From Deltaproteobacteria bacterium (GTDB lineage Bacteria > Desulfobacterota > Binatia > UBA9968), in assembly GCA_023250515.1 (NCBI GenBank), contig JAHFAO010000002.1:2361-66360 (forward strand): DNA of 64,000 nt, written 5' to 3'. Shown here in pieces: positions 15,865-25,473 of the stretch; position 1 is the stretch's first letter; each line of letters opens with the position of its first letter. The position numbers were made by a program, and so were the translations under genes. Under the pieces are notes generated by a model, which was not told the DNA's origin, ran no database searches, and worked only from the letters and a program-made list of their open reading frames with translations.

Positions 15865-17928
15865 TTATTCTGCTCTTTCCTCAACCCCGTAGCCCTTCAT
15901 ACCCAGAAACCCATATTTTTCGAGCCGGTGCCTTAAAGATCTGTAATTTATCCCTAGAATTTCAGCAGCTCTCTTTTGCACCCCGTCAGATCTTTTCAAG
16001 GCCCCCAGGAGTAGGCACTTCTCATGGGTCGCGAGTTCTTCATCCAGAGACAACCCTTTTTTGTTGAAGAAGTTATCTGCTCCTTCGGGGGCTGTCTTTT
16101 CAAAGAGTCCAAACTCTTCTTCAATCGGGACTCCTTTGATTTGGGGTGGTAGGTCATCCTCAGTGAGGATATTCTTATTTGTCACCGCCACCGCATGCTC
16201 GATAATGTTCTCCAATTCCCGGATGTTCCCCGGGTAAGCATAGTTCATAAGGCACATAAGCGCCTCACTGGAGATTTCATCGACCTGCTTGTTATGAGCC
16301 GCAGCGAATTTACGAACAAAATAGCTCGTTAGCGCCGGGATATCCTCTTTTCTGCTACGCAGGGGGGGCAGCGTCATCTGAACCACATTGAGACGGTAAA
16401 ATAGGTCTTCCCGAAAGCGCCCCTTCTCCACCTCCTTACGCAGCTCCTTGTTGGTGGCAGAAATCAACCGGACATCGACCTTGATCTGCTTGCTGCCCCC
16501 GACTGGGGTAAAGGACTTCTCTTGGAGGACTCTCAGGAGTTTGACCTGAAGGTGGAGGGGAAGCTCCGCAACTTCATCTAAAAATATGCTGCCCCCATCG
16601 GCCTGCTTGAAAAGCCCGGCATGGTCCGAAACTGCGCCCGTGAAGGCACCACGGACGTGACCAAAGAGTTCGCTCTCAATCAGGTTCTCTGGGATAGCTC
16701 CGCAGTTGACTGCCACAAAGGGTTGACCTCCCCGTGGACCATTAAAATGGATCGCCCGCGCCACCAATTCCTTCCCGGTTCCGCTCTCCCCGGTGATTAA
16801 GACGTTGGTGTCGGTAGCAGCTATTTTTTGAACGAGACGGTAGATCTTATCCACTCCACCCCCTCGGCCTACGACTCCTTCAAAGTGAAACGCGGACTTG
16901 GCCTCGTCACTTTTATCACTAGTCAACTCTCGCTCCCTCGCCCTTCGAATCTCCTCTTCCAAACGCATTTTTTCTTCAAGTTCTCTCTGCCTCGTGACGT
17001 CTTCAAAGATCGAGACAAAACCGATAGTGTGCTCAGTAGCGTCACTCAAAGGCGCCAGAGTCAATCGCAATTGCTTATTACGTCCCTGCGGATCGGCAAA
17101 TGTAATTTCGTCTACGCTGACCCTCTTCGTTCCCTGGAATCCATCGAAATTATACGTGAGACTGGGAAAAATACTGCTTAGTTTTTTTCCCCTAACTGTC
17201 TCTTCTTCAAGCGAGGTAAGGGTTTGGGCCTGAGCGTTGAAGTAGGTGATATGTCCCTTGATATCGGTGGTGGCAACGCCCCTTCCCACGCCTTGAATAA
17301 GGGCCTCCTTTAGGGCCTCCAGTTCAAGGTAGGCTTTTTGTTTCTCTCTGAGGAGGCGTTCCGCTTCATCGAGCTTACGGGCGAGGAATCCGCTCAACCA
17401 GGCAATGATAAGAAAGGTTGGTACGTTAAGCGTCAGACCCATGATAAAGGGATTGAAGGTTGAGATCCAACTTCCAAACAATCGGTAGTGACTCCAGAGA
17501 AGTAGACCGGTATAACAAATGCTGGAGAATCCTGCGGTGAGAAATGCCCCCCGATAGAACAATAAAATAGCACTATTCATTATGGTCAGGTTGTAAAGAA
17601 ATGGGAAGGGGCTCTCGATGCCTCCCGTGAAGAAGACGGTGCCGGTGACCAGGAGGACATCAAAACCTATTTGTGTGTAAGCAAAGAAACCAAGGTTCTT
17701 AATCCAGGGAAGGATAAGGGCCGAGCCTATGGAAATGATATAGGCGGCAATGAGGGGAACCTGAAGGAAACGGGATAACTCAATTCCTCCTTCCCCCTTG
17801 AAATAATTAAAGAGCGCAGTAGAGCCTAGAAAAAAGGAGAGTATGACTACTCTTAGCAAGAGCAGCCATTTGATCCTTTGGGTCAGCTCTCTATTTTCTT
17901 CGTCCAAAGCTCGGTTTCCAAGGTTCAC
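15865..17928 (-). CDS. Membrane-anchored sigma-54-dependent transcriptional activator (PilS-like TM sensor + PAS + AAA+ + Fis-type HTH, no receiver or kinase)
   Basis: 687-aa ORF. Residues about 20-190 form about six hydrophobic helices including 'FFTGGIESPFPFLYNLTI'. These are followed by a coiled coil, a PAS-like region, Walker A 'GESGTGKE', the 'GAFTGA' sigma-54 contact loop and the C-terminal HTH 'AAEILGINYRSLRHRLEKYG'. Confidence 0.85.
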   Translation of the reverse strand: MNLGNRALDEENRELTQRIKWLLLLRVVILSFFLGSTALFNYFKGEGGIELSRFLQVPLIAAYIISIGSALILPWIKNLGFFAYTQIGFDVLLVTGTVFFTGGIESPFPFLYNLTIMNSAILLFYRGAFLTAGFSSICYTGLLLWSHYRLFGSWISTFNPFIMGLTLNVPTFLIIAWLSGFLARKLDEAERLLREKQKAYLELEALKEALIQGVGRGVATTDIKGHITYFNAQAQTLTSLEEETVRGKKLSSIFPSLTYNFDGFQGTKRVSVDEITFADPQGRNKQLRLTLAPLSDATEHTIGFVSIFEDVTRQRELEEKMRLEEEIRRARERELTSDKSDEAKSAFHFEGVVGRGGGVDKIYRLVQKIAATDTNVLITGESGTGKELVARAIHFNGPRGGQPFVAVNCGAIPENLIESELFGHVRGAFTGAVSDHAGLFKQADGGSIFLDEVAELPLHLQVKLLRVLQEKSFTPVGGSKQIKVDVRLISATNKELRKEVEKGRFREDLFYRLNVVQMTLPPLRSRKEDIPALTSYFVRKFAAAHNKQVDEISSEALMCLMNYAYPGNIRELENIIEHAVAVTNKNILTEDDLPPQIKGVPIEEEFGLFEKTAPEGADNFFNKKGLSLDEELATHEKCLLLGALKRSDGVQKRAAEILGINYRSLRHRLEKYGFLGMKGYGVEERAE

Positions 17929-17956
17929 TGAAACATGAAGCGTGGCACGTTAACTC

Positions 17957-19177
17957 TTATGAGATTAAGGAGCCCATTTGAAAGATCGGCAGATACATTG
18001 AAATCACCAATCCTCCAAGGATAACCCCCAGCACCACCATGATCACTGGCTCCATAAGGGCCGTGAGGTTGGCCACGGCGTTATCCACCTCCTCCTCATA
18101 GAACTCCCCTACTTTTTTAAGCATGGCGTCCAGGGCGCCTGTGTTCTCTCCGATATTAACCATATGGCAAACCATGGGGGGAAAAATTTTACTTTCCGCT
18201 AACGGTTCTGATACGGTTTTTCCTTGGCTAATGCTGACACGGGCATCCATAACGGCCTTTTCGACCACCTTATTCCCCGCAGTTCTAGCCGTTATCGCCA
18301 GGCCATCCAGGATGGGTACCCCAGAGCTTAGAAGGATCGACATGTTCTGTGAAAAACGGGCCACCGCAACCTTGCGGAGAAGGTCTCCCACTATCGGAAG
18401 CCTAAGTAAGACACTGTCAATCCTGAACTTTCCCTGCTCCGTTTTATAGTACATACGGATGGCAACAACGATTGCGGCGATGACCCCCAACAGGTAGGGG
18501 AAATAGGCGCGAAACCAGTTACTTATGTTGATCGTTATCTGAGTGGGAGCGGGGAGGGCTTTACCCATACCCCCATAAAGCTCAGCGAATACGGGGATGA
18601 CATAGATGAGTAAGACCGCCACTACCGCCACCGCCACTACAATGATCGTGCAGGGATAGATCATTGCGCCTTTCACCTTTTTCTTGAGCTTATTGGCCTT
18701 CTCTATGAAAAGGGCAATTCGGTTGAGGATGGTGTTCAAGACACCACCCACCTCCCCCGCTGCGACCATATTGACATAGAGATCATCGAAGGCCTTTGGA
18801 TGTTTCTTCAGGGCATCGGCCAGTGTAAGGCCCCCCTCGACATCTTCCTTGATCGTACGGATGGTGTTTCGGAAAACCTTATTTTCTGTCTGCTGGCTCA
18901 GAATATCGAGGCATTGAACGATGGGGAGCCCAGCATCGATCATAGTAGCGAATTGACGGGTGAAGATCATTACATCATAAGGCTTGATCTTTGCCCCGAA
19001 TCCAGGGATGGTGATTTCCTTCTTTAACCCCTTCCCTTTTTCCTGAACCCGCGCAGGTATCGGTCTGATCCTTCGGCTCCTAAGATGCGCAAAAACTGCC
19101 TCCTGGCTGACAGCTTCCAGCTCGCCCTTGAGGACCATTCCCTGTGCAGTTCTTCCTTCCCACACGAATACAGGCAT
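17957..19177 (-). CDS. pilC: Type IV pilus platform protein PilC (GspF family)
   Basis: Two GspF repeats ('FTRQFATMIDAGLPIVQCL', 'RFSQNMSILLSSGVPILDGL') and three TM segments. ATG at 19177 has an AAGGAAG SD and is preferred over the TTG at 19198. Confidence 0.9.
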   Translation of the reverse strand: MPVFVWEGRTAQGMVLKGELEAVSQEAVFAHLRSRRIRPIPARVQEKGKGLKKEITIPGFGAKIKPYDVMIFTRQFATMIDAGLPIVQCLDILSQQTENKVFRNTIRTIKEDVEGGLTLADALKKHPKAFDDLYVNMVAAGEVGGVLNTILNRIALFIEKANKLKKKVKGAMIYPCTIIVVAVAVVAVLLIYVIPVFAELYGGMGKALPAPTQITINISNWFRAYFPYLLGVIAAIVVAIRMYYKTEQGKFRIDSVLLRLPIVGDLLRKVAVARFSQNMSILLSSGVPILDGLAITARTAGNKVVEKAVMDARVSISQGKTVSEPLAESKIFPPMVCHMVNIGENTGALDAMLKKVGEFYEEEVDNAVANLTALMEPVIMVVLGVILGGLVISMYLPIFQMGSLIS

Positions 19178-19242
19178 AAAAGCTTCCTTTTTATTCAATA
19201 GCTAATGACACTATTCCCTTGTTCCTTCACCACTTAAATTAT

Positions 19243-20970
19243 TTAAATGCCCAGAGAAAAAACCGATCCAAACCCTTTGTCCGAATCTGTTACCCGAACC
19301 GTCTCTTCAATAGTCGTAAGCCCCTCACGGAGTTTTCGAATCGCACTCATTCTAAGAGTGCTCGTTCCCAGCTTCACCGCCTCTCGCTTCAGATCACCAG
19401 CGGAGACCCCCTTCAGGATTAATTCCTTCAGAGCGTCATGCATGACCATCACCTCGTAGATCGCGACTCGTCCTTTATACCCTGTTTTGTTACAGTTAGG
19501 ACAACCTTTTCCGTGAAAGGTGGGAAAACCTGCGCTCACATCTGCGGGATCGACGCCGATGTTGACCAGGGCCTCTGGGTTAACCTCCGCCGGCTCCTTG
19601 CAACGGGCGCAGATCTTGCGCACCAATCTCTGCGCGGCAATAATATTGATCGACGAAGTAAGCAGAAAAGGCTCTACCCCCATATTGATCAGGCGGTCTA
19701 CAGTAGAGGGGGCATCGTTGGTATGGAGAGTACTGAGTACCAGATGGCCGGTTAGGGCCGCCTTAACCGCGATTTGAGCTGTTTCCAGGTCGCGGATCTC
19801 TCCCACCATGATAATGTCCGGATCTTGACGGAGAAAGGATCTGAGACAGGCAGCAAAATTAAGACCTATCTCATCGCGAACCTGTACCTGGTTAATCCCC
19901 ATGAGATTATACTCGACCGGATCTTCAGCGGTAGAAATGTTAACGTCTGGTTTGTTCAGTTCTGAAAGGGCAGAGTAAAGGGTGGTCGATTTGCCGCTAC
20001 CCGTAGGACCGGTGATAAGGATCATCCCGTAGGGCTTATGGATCGCCTCCTGAAAGTCCCTAATGGTTTTTGTATCGAAGCCGAGCTTGGACATATCCAG
20101 TTGGAGGTTGGATTTGTCGAGGAGCCGCATGACGACCTTTTCTCCGAAAAGGGTGGGCAGCACGGAGACCCGAATATCCAGCTCTTGACCGCGACCCATC
20201 TTCAGCTTGATCCGCCCATCTTGAGTCAGTCGCCTCTCGGCGATGTCGAGGTCAGCCATTACCTTGAGCCGTGAGACTAAAGGATTTTTGAGTCTCAGGG
20301 GAGGATTCATGATATCATAGAGGACCCCATCCACGCGAAACCGTATCCGGAAGATCTTTTCGTATGGCTCGATGTGAATGTCGCTCGCCCCGCGTTTTGC
20401 CGCATCGGCCAAAACGGCATTGACCAAGGTGACCACAGGGGCCTCCATGGTGGCCTCTTTGAGCTCTTGGAGGTCGACTTGCTCCTCACCATGGATAACC
20501 TCCATCTCGTTATCGCCTAACTTTTTCAGAACTTCGTCGTAACTGACCGCACCGAAGCGCTTCTCCAGTAGCTTCTTTATCTCCGAACTAGAGGCCAGAA
20601 CAACCTTTACCCCGTAGCCAGTGATGAACTTGATCTCATTGACCGCCATCAGATCTGTCGGGTCGGTCATGGCCACAGTCAAAGTGGAGCCAAGGAGTTT
20701 AAGAGGGATGATCTGATGTTTCTGGACCAGGTGGGTGGGAACTAGGCTAAAAATCGAATCCTCGATCTCGGCATTATCTAGTTCGACCTTTTCGATGCCG
20801 AACTGTCCGGCGAGAAATTGCGTGAGCTCGTCCTCAGTAGTAAAGCCAAGGCGAACCAGCTCCTGGACAAGGTTTGAGCCATTGGTCTTCTCCTTTTCCA
20901 GGGCGTCGTTGAGTTGCTCGCGGGTGATGACCTTTCCCCGGACCAAGAGCTCACCTATACGAGGCTCCAT
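19243..20970 (-). CDS. pilB: Type IV pilus assembly ATPase PilB (GspE family)
   Basis: N-terminal T2SSE_N domain, Walker A 'GPTGSGKSTT', 'GEIRD', 'TGHLVLSTLHTN' and a tetracysteine motif (CARC...CPNC). Confidence 0.9.
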   Translation of the reverse strand: MEPRIGELLVRGKVITREQLNDALEKEKTNGSNLVQELVRLGFTTEDELTQFLAGQFGIEKVELDNAEIEDSIFSLVPTHLVQKHQIIPLKLLGSTLTVAMTDPTDLMAVNEIKFITGYGVKVVLASSSEIKKLLEKRFGAVSYDEVLKKLGDNEMEVIHGEEQVDLQELKEATMEAPVVTLVNAVLADAAKRGASDIHIEPYEKIFRIRFRVDGVLYDIMNPPLRLKNPLVSRLKVMADLDIAERRLTQDGRIKLKMGRGQELDIRVSVLPTLFGEKVVMRLLDKSNLQLDMSKLGFDTKTIRDFQEAIHKPYGMILITGPTGSGKSTTLYSALSELNKPDVNISTAEDPVEYNLMGINQVQVRDEIGLNFAACLRSFLRQDPDIIMVGEIRDLETAQIAVKAALTGHLVLSTLHTNDAPSTVDRLINMGVEPFLLTSSINIIAAQRLVRKICARCKEPAEVNPEALVNIGVDPADVSAGFPTFHGKGCPNCNKTGYKGRVAIYEVMVMHDALKELILKGVSAGDLKREAVKLGTSTLRMSAIRKLREGLTTIEETVRVTDSDKGFGSVFSLGI

Positions 20971-20997
20971 TAAAAAAATTCCTTTCTTAAAAGTCTA

Positions 20998-21026
20998 ATT
21001 ATCTTAGAAATGACCCTTTTTGTCAA
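20998..21026 (-). promoter_or_regulatory. Candidate sigma-70 promoter for pilB
   Basis: The minus strand reads TTGACA-N17-GATAAT, ending about 28 nt upstream of the pilB ATG. Confidence 0.4.
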
Positions 21027-21107
21027 TTTCCGCCAAGCGATTTTTGTAAATCAAGTGTCTCTTGGAGCGCTTCTGGAGAGGAGACAATCGAAAATGACGT
21101 GATTTGG

Positions 21108-23825
21108 CTAGCCTTCTTTCAAAGCGGCTTGGGCTGCCGCCAACTTGGCTATCGGCACACGAAAGGGAGAGCAACTAACATAATCTAGCCCGATCTCATG
21201 GCAGAAAGCGACGGATCTAGGGTCACCGCCATGTTCACCACAGATGCCAATTTCAAGGTTCTTCCGTGCTTTTCGTCCCTTTCCCACTGCCATGCGCATT
21301 AGGGCACCAACCCCATCTTGGTCGATAGTTACAAAGGGATCTTCCGGAAGAAGTCCTTGGACAACATAACTGGGCAGAAACTTGCCCGCGTCATCCCGCG
21401 AAAGACCCAAACAAGTCTGCGTCAAGTCATTGGTTCCAAAGGAGAAAAACTCTGCCTCCTGGGCAATCTCGTCAGCCAAGAGGCAAGCCCGAGGAAGCTC
21501 GATCATAGTTCCAATGAGATACCGAACTCTAACACCGTAAGCCTTCATTACTTCTTGAGCGACCCGCTCCACGATTTCACGTTGCACATGTAGTTCCTGG
21601 CGCGACCCTACTAAAGGGATCATTACCTCAGGGAAAGGATTTTTTCCATCCCTGCGTAGTTCACAGGATGCCTCGAAGATAGCTTGGGTCTGCATCTCCG
21701 TTATTTCCGGATATGAAATACCCAAGCGACAGCCACGATGTCCAAGCATGGGGTTGAATTCCTGTAGAACTTTAACCTTGTTCTTGAGCGTCTCAACGGG
21801 CACATCCATAATCTTTGCGAGGTCTTTGATTTCTTCTTCTGTTTTGGGCAGAAATTCATGCAGAGGAGGGTCCAAGGTACGGATCGTGACGGGGAGATTC
21901 CCCATGATTTCGAGGATGCCTTTAAAGTCCTGCTTCTGAAATGGCAGGAGTTTGGCCAAGGCTCGGCGACGACCCAATTCGTCCTCCGCTAGAATCATCT
22001 CCCGTATCGCCCGGATTCGGTCTCCCTCAAAAAACATGTGTTCTGTACGGCACAAGCCGATCCCTTCTGCTCCAAACACCTTAGCTATCCGAGCCTGATC
22101 CGGCTGATCCGTATTGGTTCGGACACCGATCTTGCGCGCTGAATCCGCCCATTTCATGAGCTTGGAAAACTGCTGATATATACGAGAGGCCTTAGGACTC
22201 AGAGGCCCCCCAAGCAGGACTTGGAGGACCTCCGAGGGAAAGGTCTGAATCTCGCCTCGGATCACCTCTCCCGTGGTTCCATCCACAGAGATCCAGTCTC
22301 CCTCTTTCAAAAGGGTTTCTTCGACGCGCATCTCCCGCTTGCCGTAGTCAACGTTAACCGCCTCACAGCCGACCACGCAAACTTTGCCCATTTGTCGTGC
22401 TACAAGGGCTGCGTGTGAGGTCATTCCACCTCGGGCCGTGAGGATCGCTTGAGCTGCGTCCATACCGCGGACGTCGTCGGGGCTGGTCTCAGTGCGGCAT
22501 AGAATTACACGCTCTCCGCGCTGCTTCCATGCCTCTGCGTCCTCTGCATGGAAAACGATGCGACCGGTGGCGGCACCGGGGCCGGCAGGCAGACCTTTTG
22601 CTAGGATACGTCCTTCTTTGGCGGCCCGTTCCTTATCCGCCTGATCGAAGATGGGACGCAGAAGCTGGTTGAGCTGATCCGGCTCGATGCGAAGCAGAGC
22701 CTGCTCCTTCGGGATAATCCGTTCTTCGACCATATCCACTGCGATTCGGACGGCGGCAAAACCAGTACGCTTTCCTGTCCGGGTCTGGAGCATCCAAAGC
22801 TTGCCACCTTCAATAGTAAACTCGATGTCTTGCATCTCCTTGTAGTGTCTCTCCAAAATCTTACAGATGCGCTCAAGCTTTCCATAGCTCTCGGGCATGA
22901 CCTCCTTAAGCTCCTTAATCGGCCGCGGCGTACGGATGCCGGCCACTACATCCTCGCCTTGGGCATTGACCAGGAACTCGCCGTAGAAGCGTTTTTCACC
23001 CGTGGCAGGATCGCGCGTGAAGGCCACACCGGTAGCACAACTCTCGCCCATATTCCCAAACACCATGGTCTGCACGTTGACCGCAGTCCCCCAAGTATGC
23101 GGGATGTGGTACAGCTCCCGGTATGCAATGGCGCGATCGTTGTTCCATGAGCCGAATACTGCACCGATGGCATCCCAAAGCTGTTCATAAGGATTTTCGG
23201 AGAACTCTTTCGCCAGTCTCGTCCTTATCTCTGCTTGAAACTCGTCTACAAGTTCCTTCAGATCCTCAGCGTTGAGTTCGGTGTCAAAATGAACGCGACG
23301 CGCTTCTTTTTTACGCTCTAGGATAACCTCGAATGGATCGCGCTCTTGGTTATCCTTCGGCTTAAGCCCTAAAACAACATCGCCATACATCTGGACAAAG
23401 CGACGATAAGAATCATAGGCAAAGCGGGGATTCTGGGTGCGGGCGATGAGGCCCTGAACCGTTTGATCATTGAAACCCAGGTTCAAAACCGTGTCCATCA
23501 TCCCAGGCATCGATTCGCGCGCCCCGGACCGGACCGACACCAATAGAGGATTCTCTGGATCGCCAAACCGCCTTCCCATGATCTTCTCGACTCTTCTGAG
23601 AGCGGCCATGATCTCCCCTTTGAGCCCCTTCGGATAATGGCGCCGGTGCGCATAATAATAAGTGCACACCTCTGTGGTGATCGTGAAGCCGGGCGGGACT
23701 GAAACTCCGATGCGTGTCATCTCGTGGAGGCCGGCACCTTTCCCTCCCAGGAGTTCTCGCATAGCCGCTTTTCCCTCGGCCTTGCCATCGCCGAAAAAAT
23801 AAACATATTTTTTTCGCCTACTCAT
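21108..23825 (-). CDS. ppdK: Pyruvate, phosphate dikinase
   Basis: 905-aa ORF with '[10 protein letters not shown]', the phosphohistidine region '[16 protein letters not shown]' and a C-terminal PEP-utilising TIM barrel ('[11 protein letters not shown]'). Confidence 0.95.
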   Translation of the reverse strand: MSRRKKYVYFFGDGKAEGKAAMRELLGGKGAGLHEMTRIGVSVPPGFTITTEVCTYYYAHRRHYPKGLKGEIMAALRRVEKIMGRRFGDPENPLLVSVRSGARESMPGMMDTVLNLGFNDQTVQGLIARTQNPRFAYDSYRRFVQMYGDVVLGLKPKDNQERDPFEVILERKKEARRVHFDTELNAEDLKELVDEFQAEIRTRLAKEFSENPYEQLWDAIGAVFGSWNNDRAIAYRELYHIPHTWGTAVNVQTMVFGNMGESCATGVAFTRDPATGEKRFYGEFLVNAQGEDVVAGIRTPRPIKELKEVMPESYGKLERICKILERHYKEMQDIEFTIEGGKLWMLQTRTGKRTGFAAVRIAVDMVEERIIPKEQALLRIEPDQLNQLLRPIFDQADKERAAKEGRILAKGLPAGPGAATGRIVFHAEDAEAWKQRGERVILCRTETSPDDVRGMDAAQAILTARGGMTSHAALVARQMGKVCVVGCEAVNVDYGKREMRVEETLLKEGDWISVDGTTGEVIRGEIQTFPSEVLQVLLGGPLSPKASRIYQQFSKLMKWADSARKIGVRTNTDQPDQARIAKVFGAEGIGLCRTEHMFFEGDRIRAIREMILAEDELGRRRALAKLLPFQKQDFKGILEIMGNLPVTIRTLDPPLHEFLPKTEEEIKDLAKIMDVPVETLKNKVKVLQEFNPMLGHRGCRLGISYPEITEMQTQAIFEASCELRRDGKNPFPEVMIPLVGSRQELHVQREIVERVAQEVMKAYGVRVRYLIGTMIELPRACLLADEIAQEAEFFSFGTNDLTQTCLGLSRDDAGKFLPSYVVQGLLPEDPFVTIDQDGVGALMRMAVGKGRKARKNLEIGICGEHGGDPRSVAFCHEIGLDYVSCSPFRVPIAKLAAAQAALKEG

Positions 23826-23897
23826 CTCTCCTCTCCAGGTCAGGCTCTTCGATACGACTTCTAATGAGTTTTTTCAAGTCAACAAGCCGAAAAAGCA

Positions 23898-24665
23898 TCA
23901 AGCAAAGGAGAATGTTTCGAGAAAGGGGGCTGACTTTAACTCCTTATTGAGTTGAAATTGGATGAAGCGGAGCAGAGCGGAGCGACCTTCCTTTAAAACA
24001 GATGGAAGAAAGGAAAGGTGGCGGGCGAGGATGCTGTTCGCCTTCTGAAGCTCTGCGAGTACATAAAGCGCCTCGCGGGATAGGGGGACAGCCTCTTTCC
24101 TGAAGGTGGAACAGGACTCGCAAAGGATGCCGCCATCGCGCGGGCTGAAGCGCCATTTAGCCTGAAGATCGGGTGCCCAATTTTTTCCACAGCGACGGCA
24201 GTGCTCCAACATCGGCTGGTAACCCGATAGTTTTAGCAGCTTCAGCTCAAAAAAAGTTAGAAAAGGTAGAGAGGTTCCCCTGTCTTCTATGAAAATTAGC
24301 CCTTCCCTTAGATGTTCAAAGAGCAGCCGGTTCTCCTCACGCTCACCCGCAAGCCCATCTGTGACCTCCATGAGATAGGAGGCATGAGCGATCTTCTCCA
24401 GACTCACGGTCAGACCTTTAAACGCCCGGATCAAGTCGCAGGCATGAACAAAAGCCAAGGTACTGTGAGGCCGATCCTGGAAGCTGAGGTTTACCAGAGA
24501 GAATGGCTCCAGCGTGTTAACAAATCTTTTGCGCGAGCGCTTGGCCCCCTTGGCAATGCCAGTGACCTTACCGTGGTCCTCGGTGAGGAATGAAACAATC
24601 TTGTCGGACTCGCCAAAGGGCCAAGAGCGCAGCACTATGGCCTTGGTTACACAGGGAGGATGCAT
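23898..24665 (-). CDS. recO: DNA repair protein RecO
   Basis: An OB-fold N-terminus 'KAIVLRSWPFGESDKIVSFLTEDHGKVTGIAKGA' and a C-terminal Zn motif 'CRRC...CESC'. The internal ATG at 24665 is used as the start. Confidence 0.8.
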   Translation of the reverse strand: MHPPCVTKAIVLRSWPFGESDKIVSFLTEDHGKVTGIAKGAKRSRKRFVNTLEPFSLVNLSFQDRPHSTLAFVHACDLIRAFKGLTVSLEKIAHASYLMEVTDGLAGEREENRLLFEHLREGLIFIEDRGTSLPFLTFFELKLLKLSGYQPMLEHCRRCGKNWAPDLQAKWRFSPRDGGILCESCSTFRKEAVPLSREALYVLAELQKANSILARHLSFLPSVLKEGRSALLRFIQFQLNKELKSAPFLETFSFA

Positions 24666-24754
24666 GGTTGGGTTTATTTTAAAAAGAGGTTTAACACTTT
24701 TTATAAAAACGCGCAAACTCTTTAAAAATCAATAAGTTTTTTTAGGACCGACCC

Positions 24755-24783
24755 TTGACAAAGAGAAGAGGGGTGGTTAGATT
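24755..24783 (+). promoter_or_regulatory. Candidate sigma-70-type promoter for grpE-dnaK
   Basis: TTGACA (24755-24760), 17-nt spacer, TAGATT (24778-24783), about 40 nt upstream of the grpE ATG. Confidence 0.4.
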
Positions 24784-24822
24784 TTCATGCATTCCTTCCT
24801 CTAGAAGGGATCACTTTCGAGC

Positions 24823-25428
24823 ATGGACGAGCAAAGCAAAAAAGGGAATGAAGAGGTAGTGAAGGAGCCTCCTGAGAAAGCCTCTAAACAGGAAATACTA
24901 GGGGAGGTCTCCGCCTCGGAGTTGGAGATGCTCCGTCGCCAGATGGAGGCCAAGGAGCTGGAGGCTAGGGAAAATTATGACCGCTTCCTCCGCCAAGTGG
25001 CAGAGCTGGAAAACCTTAAGAAACGAACGGCTCGAGAAAAGGAGGAGGCAATCCGTTATGCCAATGAGAGCCTTATCAAGGATCTTCTCCCAGTCTTGGA
25101 TAATCTGGAGCGAGCGGTCGATCACGCAAAGGGAGGGGGGAACGGAAAGCCGCTCCTGGAAGGGATCGAGATGGTTCTTAAGGGATTCCTCGATGTCTTA
25201 AATAAACATGGGGTGACACAGATATCGTCCAAGGGGGAACCTTTCGACCCGGAAAAACATGAGGCCATTGCTCGGATAGAAAGTGGAGAGCATGAGCCAA
25301 ACACCGTCGTAGAAGAACACCACAAGGGATATTACCTGCTCGACCGCCTTATTCGACCTTCATTGGTTAGTGTCGCCAAGGAGAAAAAAGAAGAGGAGGA
25401 GATTGAAAAAGGCGACAAGGATGATTAA
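24823..25428 (+). CDS. grpE: Nucleotide exchange factor GrpE
   Basis: Coiled-coil N-terminus, 'RYANESLIKDLLPVLDNLERA' and 'FDPEKHEA' motifs. Located immediately upstream of dnaK. Confidence 0.9.
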   Translation: MDEQSKKGNEEVVKEPPEKASKQEILGEVSASELEMLRRQMEAKELEARENYDRFLRQVAELENLKKRTAREKEEAIRYANESLIKDLLPVLDNLERAVDHAKGGGNGKPLLEGIEMVLKGFLDVLNKHGVTQISSKGEPFDPEKHEAIARIESGEHEPNTVVEEHHKGYYLLDRLIRPSLVSVAKEKKEEEEIEKGDKDD

Positions 25429-25473
25429 ATAAAAAAGTTTTGTAGCTCTAAACCCCTTAGCTAGGAGACTGAA

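Noticed and set aside
24666-24822. A search for a CIRCE/HrcA operator (TTAGCACTC-N9-GAGTGCTAA) or a sigma-32 promoter upstream of grpE-dnaK, and also upstream of lon (28622-28747).
   Set aside because: No CIRCE-like inverted repeat is present. Only a sigma-70-like TTGACA-N17-TAGATT and a 5-bp CCTTC/GAAGG hairpin were found, and the -10 region is not CCCCAT-like.
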